Shown piece by piece: positions 57,746 through 64,000 of a stretch of 64,000 nucleotides of DNA. Made by a program: the position numbers and the translations under genes. The stretch's first letter is position 1. Every line of letters begins with the position of its first letter. The stretch is from Chrysemys picta bellii (taxonomy: Eukaryota): assembly GCF_011386835.1 (NCBI RefSeq), contig NC_088815.1, positions 14,074,001-14,138,000 on the forward strand, given 5' to 3'. The notes beneath the pieces were generated by a model, which saw nothing but the letters and a program-made list of their open reading frames with translations, did not search any database and was not told the origin of the DNA.

Positions 57746-59123
57746 GCATTCGCTCCCTAGACAGACGGCCTTGGGCATGACCCCCACCAGCTCTCTCTCC
57801 AGAGACTCAGATGGGAGGAGGTTGAGCGACAAATGTTTCCCGCAGTTTGTTCCTCTCCTGCCGCAGTGTCTCTGGATGCAGCTGCTGCCCAAGTGCCAAC
57901 CCCATCGAGTTGCTCCCTGCAAAAGAGTTTCTCTGGCCCCCTAGTGTTCAGCGCTGTGCTCCTTCTCAGCCGGGAGGTACAGCTCCAGATTTCCCGTGCT
58001 AGGGAGGATAGACTCCCCCTGGAAGGGGCTTTCCAGAAAATCACATGGTTTCCCGTTAAAGGAAGCTAGGGAGCGCTGAGGTCAGCGTTGTTTGGCTGAA
58101 GACCCAGTTCCCCGTCCGTTGTTCTGATGGCCTTGTAGCCGGGTGCTGCAGAAGCCGGTCAGGGCAGTTGGCTAGCGCTGTGATTAGCCCTGGGGGAGAC
58201 CTGGGTTTGATTCCTGGTCCCACTTCTTCCCCCAGCTGCCAGCAGATGGGCATGGTGGCTAGCGCTCTGGGCTACCACACAGGGCAGCTGGCTCCGATGC
58301 CATCCCCAGACTCTGGGGCTGGGCTTTGTGCCCCCTGCACACGGTGAGGCCCCTGGGCTGCTCTATGACCTGGCTGGATCCTTCCCCTGTGTTGGCAGAG
58401 GCTGGGAGCCCTGCAGCCCACACAGCCTTGGGGCTTGGCAGCGGGTTCCAGGCCCACTGTGCCATCCCCCTAGGCTGGTGGCGGAGTGGATACCCTTTGC
58501 CCTGCTGTGGTCTGTGCCCCATTCTGTTAGGGGCGGGCAGCGGGGACAGAGAGAGGAGCTGTGTGGGTGAGATGCCCTGGGGTCCTGGGGGGCGGGGGTC
58601 TGGGTGCTGAGCTCCCCTGGAGACAGGAGATGCAGCCAGACCAGGAGCTGCATCTCCTGGGGTAGGTGGTGCAGCGCCCTGCTGGGAGCCGTGCCAGGCC
58701 AAGGTGGCGCCGCATAGGCCCCTGGAACCAGTCCCCTGGGGTCTCTGGGTCTTGGACTCCCAGGGCTGCTGGGGTGTCTTTTGAGCCACGTTTTATTCTA
58801 TGCCCACCCCCTGCGTGATGATGACAATAATGGGGCATTATCAATTAATAACCCGCTGCCCCCTCAAGCTGGTCACCAGCTGGGATAAATTCAACCCCCA
58901 CCCAGGGAGGGGGCAGGTGAGGATCATCCCTGCTTCACTTGGTGGGGAGAAACTGAGGCACAGAGAGGCTGTGACTAGCAGCCAGAGCCCACTGCAAACA
59001 TGTTTCTTGCCCCAGGATGGGGCCGTGGTTCCCCTCCCCATCAGCCCCCAAACCCCCAATCCACCCTCCCACCCAGTGGCCCCCCCCTCAGCTTCCATCC
59101 GCTGGGGGTGGCCAGGGCTCATC

Positions 59124-59177
59124 GGTTTCGGTTTCCGCCCTGCTCACCCCCCTCCCCCACATTAGGTTTCGTTTCTC
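59124..59177 (+). promoter_or_regulatory. Two ISREs upstream of BST2-like gene 3
   Basis: GGTTTCGGTTTCC (59124-59136) and AGGTTTCGTTTCTC (59164-59177); the second is paralogous to the gene 1 ISRE. Confidence 0.72.
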
Positions 59178-62100
59178 TGCAGAAGCTGCTTGCCAGGGGG
59201 CGGAGAGGAGAGAGCCCGGGCGATTGGGACTGGTGGACTTGGAGCACGGAGCTGGTTGGCTCTTTTGTTAGTTACAGCAAGTTTTCTTTCTTAACACCCC
59301 CCCCCAAAAGAAGACTCCCCAATATTCCCAGGGTCCCCCACAGCCAAACACAATAACTTCAGGCCATTCCTCCCCCCCCCCCGCTGAGCCAGTCCCCTCT
59401 GCTCCAACCTGCTCAGATCCACGGGCGGGGGCTGGGATCCAGCTCGGGGGAGCGGGTGAGGAAGAAACGCTGGGTCCAGACCTTCTAGAACCGCCCCTGG
59501 TTCTGGAGCACCCGGCCTGTGGCTGCTACGTGGCAGAGAACCCCACAGGCCAACCCACCTGCTGGCCTGGCAGGAGCTGGGGGCAGCCGGGGGTGTTTGG
59601 TAGATAATGGACTTTGCATTGATGATGATTACCATGTACAGCCCCTAGTGCAGCGGGGTCCTGGCCCATTGCTGGGGCTCTTCGGCTCGACCACTGGACA
59701 ACTAATAACAGTACTGTCACAGGGTGTCTCCCCCTTTCAGAGGAGGGGGTTGATCCAGCCCCCTGTGACTGATTGTTCACCCCCCCGGGAGGGGACAGGC
59801 CTGGGAGCTGGACCTAAGACAGGGTTAATGGGAGCACCTGAGCCCTGTCAGACCTACTCTGCTGCACCTGGGGGAGGGGGGTGTCAGGCAGGGTGGAGCT
59901 AGAAGGAGGAAGCTCAGGGGTGCTGGGGCAGAGGCTACACCAGGGCTTGTCTCTTGCTCCGGGCAGCTGGCTGGGGTTGCAGGAGGCCAGGCAGCCCCTG
60001 CAGCGGTGTCGGGAGAGACAGACTGGCCCTGGCTGCAGGAGGGGTGGGTCTCCGGCCTGGGTCTGAGAGGAGCAGGGGCAAGTTAAATCTTCAACCTACT
60101 GGGGTCAGTGCTGGCAGAGCCGGCTGTGGTACGGTTTGTGTTCAAGCCTGGACAGCGGAATCCGGTGCCCCGGAAGGGGTGAGACTGTGGCCAGGACGTG
60201 GCGTGGGCCCAAGTGACTAGAAGAACCAGCCCAGCCCTGCGTTGAAGGAGGTGACTGAGGGGAAGGTCTGCCCACGCTGTGCCTGGGGAGTCTCTCTCTG
60301 CAAGTACCCACAGGCCTGTTGTATTAATGTAAATGGAATAAAGGGTCCCCCAAAGTCCAAGCTGTTCCCCTGAGCCTGTCACTGTCCAGCATGAAACAGC
60401 GTTAAGGTGCAGACTTTGCTCGACAGTGTCCCTAGCCCGCTTAGTACCCTGGCAAACACACTGAGAAACGCATGCTGCGGCTTAGAGGTTAATTGGTTAG
60501 TAGAATACAGGAGAGGAAAGGAGCTAAAAGGAGTTATAAAGCACAGCAAAACTGACTGATATGAAACGAACCTATCCAAGTCCCTTCAAGAAAACAGGCT
60601 ATCGGTTAGACTCCTTTATTTTGCTGGACAACTGTTCCTGGAGGGAAGGGATGGGTCAGTTCTGTGGCTCAGCTTAGCGAAGTGAGGAATAGTCCAGTTC
60701 CTGCCTTTGGCGGGCGGACCGGGGAGAAGAGACAGGACCGTAAAGACGGGGAAATGCAGCTTTTGTTGTTCTCCGGACGCCGGGCGATGGGTCAGTCACG
60801 GCTGTTTGCTCTAGGCTGGCCGACCAGCCTCAATAACAGCTGTCCTGGGCTCAGGCTTTTCTCCTGGTCTGGGATGCCATCGGGCGGGTCTGGTCCTGCT
60901 CCTTTACCCGTCTCGCTGGCTGGGTCATCTCGTCTCAGTGCACTGATGCCCTGTGGCACGGCTGACCTGAGGATCAGATGAAAAGCCGCGAAAGAGACGG
61001 GAGAGAAGTGAAATCGTGGAGCCGAAAGGAGCCCCCAAGGGAAGGGGAGGCGGAGCAGAATCTCACCTGTCTCCGGCTGGAGTCTCCGCTGGTGCGGCAG
61101 TGATGGCTAGGCATCCCCGCTGCTGGGCCAAAGTCGGGGCGTCACGATGGGGTTCTAATGGTTGTGATCCACGGGCGAAGGACAGCGTCCCGGGAGCAGA
61201 GGCCAGACGGCCTCCCACCCGTCCGGGAACCCTCAGTCGGGCTGCCTGTTCCTGCCCCCAGCGTCTCTTTGGAAGGGCCCCCGAAAGAGGGGTGGGGGGC
61301 AGATTAGTCCGTCCTCTCTTAGTTTTATTCACCAGTTAGGGCTAACTTCTGCCGTGCCAAGCTTGGTTCCTTGACTTCCGGTCCCACGCGTCTCCTCGTC
61401 ACCAGGCATGATCCTATCGCGGCCCTTGAGCTCCAGCAGGAGGCCTCCTTGCTTAGGCCAATGCAACTCTTCTGTGTTTCACTTTTGGCCTTTCCCCATC
61501 AGCGCTGGTTGTTCTACTCGCTGAGCCATCGCTCCTTTCCCGTCCCACAGCTGAACTCGCTTAGGGTCAATCTGTAGGGCCAGTGATCCCGATAGGCCCG
61601 AAGCCAGATCAGTGCCCCTGTTGGGCAGGGTGCGGCACAGCCCCAGGGCCAGAGGATCCCTGTCCCAAGGAGACTGAAGTGTAAACAAACAAGGTGAAAC
61701 TCCGGCTCCCTGCTCCACCGGGCAGATCAGCTGGGTCCCGGTGGGACGTGTGCTGGTGTGATGCAGCCAGCGATTATGGCTGGAGAGACCATCCCCATGG
61801 TTCATCCTGCTCTCTGCCACTGCCCCTTCCTCCCACCACCCCGCTTGCCCCTCGCTGCTCCCTCCCGTCTCTGCCCCTTCTGGACAAAGGGTCCGTAGCT
61901 GGGGGGCAGCCCTTAAGGAGACCGGACGGTACCGGGGGCAGAGGTGGGTTTTCCATCTCTCGACGTCGTCCCATCCAGACCGGCTGTCTTCCGGGAAGCT
62001 GCGTTAGTCAGACACGGTACTGGGCTCCATACAGGGGAAGAGGGTGACATTTAATGTCAGGAGCTATGCAGGAAATTGGACAAGATGGTCCCTTCTGCCC

Positions 62101-63467
62101 TGAAACTCTATGAAACTGTGGTCTGTGCGTTAAAATCCCAGGAGCTGGGAGCCAGGACTCCTGGGTTCCATTGCCAGCTTTGCCACTGCATGCCCGGGGG
62201 CACATCCCTTTCCCTCTGTCTGCTGTAGTTCTCTCTCCCCTCCACCACCGGTAGAATGGGGCTACTGGTTCTGATTACCAAGGGAGTGCTGCAAGGTTCG
62301 GCTCACCCATGTTGGACAGGTGCCTTGAGATCCTCATCAGGAGGGCGCTGGAGAAGGGCAGCGATTGTTGAAGGGGCACAGATCCCAGCAGGTCTGGGGA
62401 CAGCCCCGAGTAGGTGCCGGGAATTGAAACCCCAGGGCCCTTCTCTCGTCCCTCAGCAGCATCTGTTTCCTGTGAGAGGAGAGCACAGCTGCAGGTGGGC
62501 TCGGTTCTGTAAAACGAAACCCCAGGGCTGGGTCGGGTCTAAAACCAGGCACCTTCAGGCTTTGGGGCAGGGGGGGTGGGTGCCTGGGTTGGCTCCATCC
62601 CCACCCCCCAGCCAGAGGGCTTTGAAGGCAGGGAAAAGTTAGTGAAGACTTGTGCGTCTGAGCCGTGCAGTGTTGCACGAGGCCACCAGAGGTCCGTGCA
62701 GGCCAGCGAGCAGAGTGGAGGGAGCAGGGCAGAACTCGCAGACCGGTGCAGGGTGGATGCTCCCCCAGGCATTTCTTACGGCACTGGGTCACGGTGTCCC
62801 AGGAAGAGCTGGGTGCAGCCACCCCAGCAGGGGGTGCACGAGGAGGGAGGCTCAGTGTTAATATTTGTGGCAACACCAGACCCTGTCCATGCTCCCTCCA
62901 CCCCGGCTCTGCCTTGCCTGCAACACGCTGCTGTTCTGGGACCCCCGCCACAGCTCTGCCGATGCCCCTCACTCCTGACCCGCAGCCCCCTGCTCTCCGG
63001 GTCTGGGCTCCCTCCCTCCAGGTCTGCTGATGCATCTGGATCCTGGTTCGTGCAGCCCAGAGATGTTCAAGAAGCAGGCGTAGCTGTACTGGCTCATCGG
63101 TGTGATGAATTGGGCCCGTTGTCTCTGACGGTCTCATTGGCTTCGCAGCGAGGCGTGGTGCCTGGCTGGGCGAGATGCTGGTCTCTGTGGGGCCCTGTCC
63201 CACCGCCCCCGACCCATATCATACAATAACCCCCGAATCCTGCAGGAGGAGTCACCAGGCCCTGCCTGAGACTGTCCCGGGCCATTTGCAGATGGAGCCT
63301 GCAGGGCTGGGAGGTGAGGAAGCCGGGAGTCCCCAGGGAGCTGCTTGTGCTAGCGAGCACAGGATTCCCCTCCTCAGTCAATGTCCAGCTGCAATGGGCA
63401 CAGGGGAAGCCCAGATGCACCCTGGCCCTGCTGCTCCCCACACTGGCTGGGCAGGAGGCAGTGCACA

Positions 63468-63632
63468 GGGGGAGGGATAGCTCAGTGGTTTGAGCATTGG
63501 CTTGCTAAATCTAGGGTTATGAGGTCAATCCTTGAAGGGGCCACTTAGGGGTCTGGGGCAAAATCAGAACTCAGTCTGGCTAGTGAAGGCAGGGGGCTGG
63601 ACTCAGTGACCCCTTGGGGGTCCCTTCCAGTT
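63468..63632 (+). mobile_element. Tortoise-type tRNA-derived SINE
   Basis: tRNA-like head GGGATAGCTCAGTGGTTTGAGCA...GAGGTCAATCC with A/B boxes, followed by a CR1-type tail 'ggctggactcagtgacc...ggtcccttccagt'. Confidence 0.75.
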
Positions 63633-63635
63633 TTA

Positions 63636-63805
63636 GCACTGGAATGGGTTACCTAGGGAGGTGGTGGAATCTCCTTCCTTAGAGGTTGTTAAGGTCAGGT
63701 TTGACAAAGCCCTGGCTGGGATGATTTAGTTGGGGTTGGTCCTGCTTTGAGCAGGGGTTGGACTAGATACCTCCTGAGGTCCCTTCCAACCCTGATATTC
63801 TATGA
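63636..63805 (+). mobile_element. CR1 LINE 3' end fragment
   Basis: 'cactggaatgggttacctagggaggtggtggaatctcc...ggttggactaga...aggtcccttccaaccct...ttctatga' is the CR1 terminus. Confidence 0.85.
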
Positions 63806-64000
63806 CAGCTCCCCAGTGAGAGACACCAGCTGAGTCCCCTGGTCTCCCCAGCCCCGTTGCCGTGTGAACCCTGCAAACACCAGCACATCAGTGACACACA
63901 CGTAGACTCACACACACAGACACACACGCACACCCCTCAGACACACCGGCACAGACGTGCACACCCACCCACACAATTGCATCAGCCCCCTGCAATCTGA

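Larger units (their letters stand above)
44870..62370. repeat. Tandem segmental duplication: unit 1 ~44870-54126, unit 2 ~54127-62370, each with one BST2-like gene
   Basis: Colinear paralogous blocks: 3' UTRs (44985-45900 vs 54225-55150), exons, intron 1 (48950-49370 vs 57040-57460), upstream DNA (49900-51900 vs 58050-60080) and old repeats (53480-53990 vs 61860-62370). Boundaries approximate. Confidence 0.85.

Noticed and set aside
62337-63229. Overlapping 288-aa and 217-aa ORFs, and a possible plus-strand terminal exon (cag|GLLMHLDPGSCSPEMFKKQA*, ~63021-63082) of a neighbouring gene
   Set aside because: No protein family could be recognised and no TM/coiled-coil/GPI pattern of a fourth tetherin is present; needs BLASTX or RNA-seq.
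63468-63545. tRNA-like sequence
   Set aside because: The cloverleaf is degenerate and it runs into a CR1-type tail, so it is a SINE head rather than a tRNA gene.

Overview
Eukaryotic (vertebrate) genomic DNA, most consistent with a turtle judging by its repeats (tortoise-type tRNA-derived SINE, CR1 3' ends, Penelope-like fragments). It is the PLVAP-CCDC194-BST2 (tetherin) locus, with all host genes on the minus strand. PLVAP exon 1 is at 1749-2129 and CCDC194 has four coding exons at 34095-38711. THREE complete, spliceable tetherin-like genes (N-terminal TM, coiled coil, GPI signal; 169, 200 and 205 aa by manual exon assembly) lie at 41338-43784, 46278-49682 and 55567-57745. The last two sit in an ~8-9 kb tandem duplication, and two of the three carry ISRE-containing promoters. 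The ~32 kb between PLVAP and CCDC194 is dominated by LTR retroelements: (i) an older class I ERV (6780-15109, minus, tRNA-Arg PBS, ERV3-like TM; CA and SU deleted) nested inside a hAT MITE and itself hit by a solo LTR and a MITE; (ii) a non-autonomous LTR element with near-identical 1189-bp LTRs carrying a hAT element (15871-20472); (iii) a young class I ERV (25147-32058, plus, tRNA-Pro PBS, identical LTRs) with almost intact pol and env but a CA/NC-deleted gag. All exon assemblies, alignments and family names are by eye; no database search was run.
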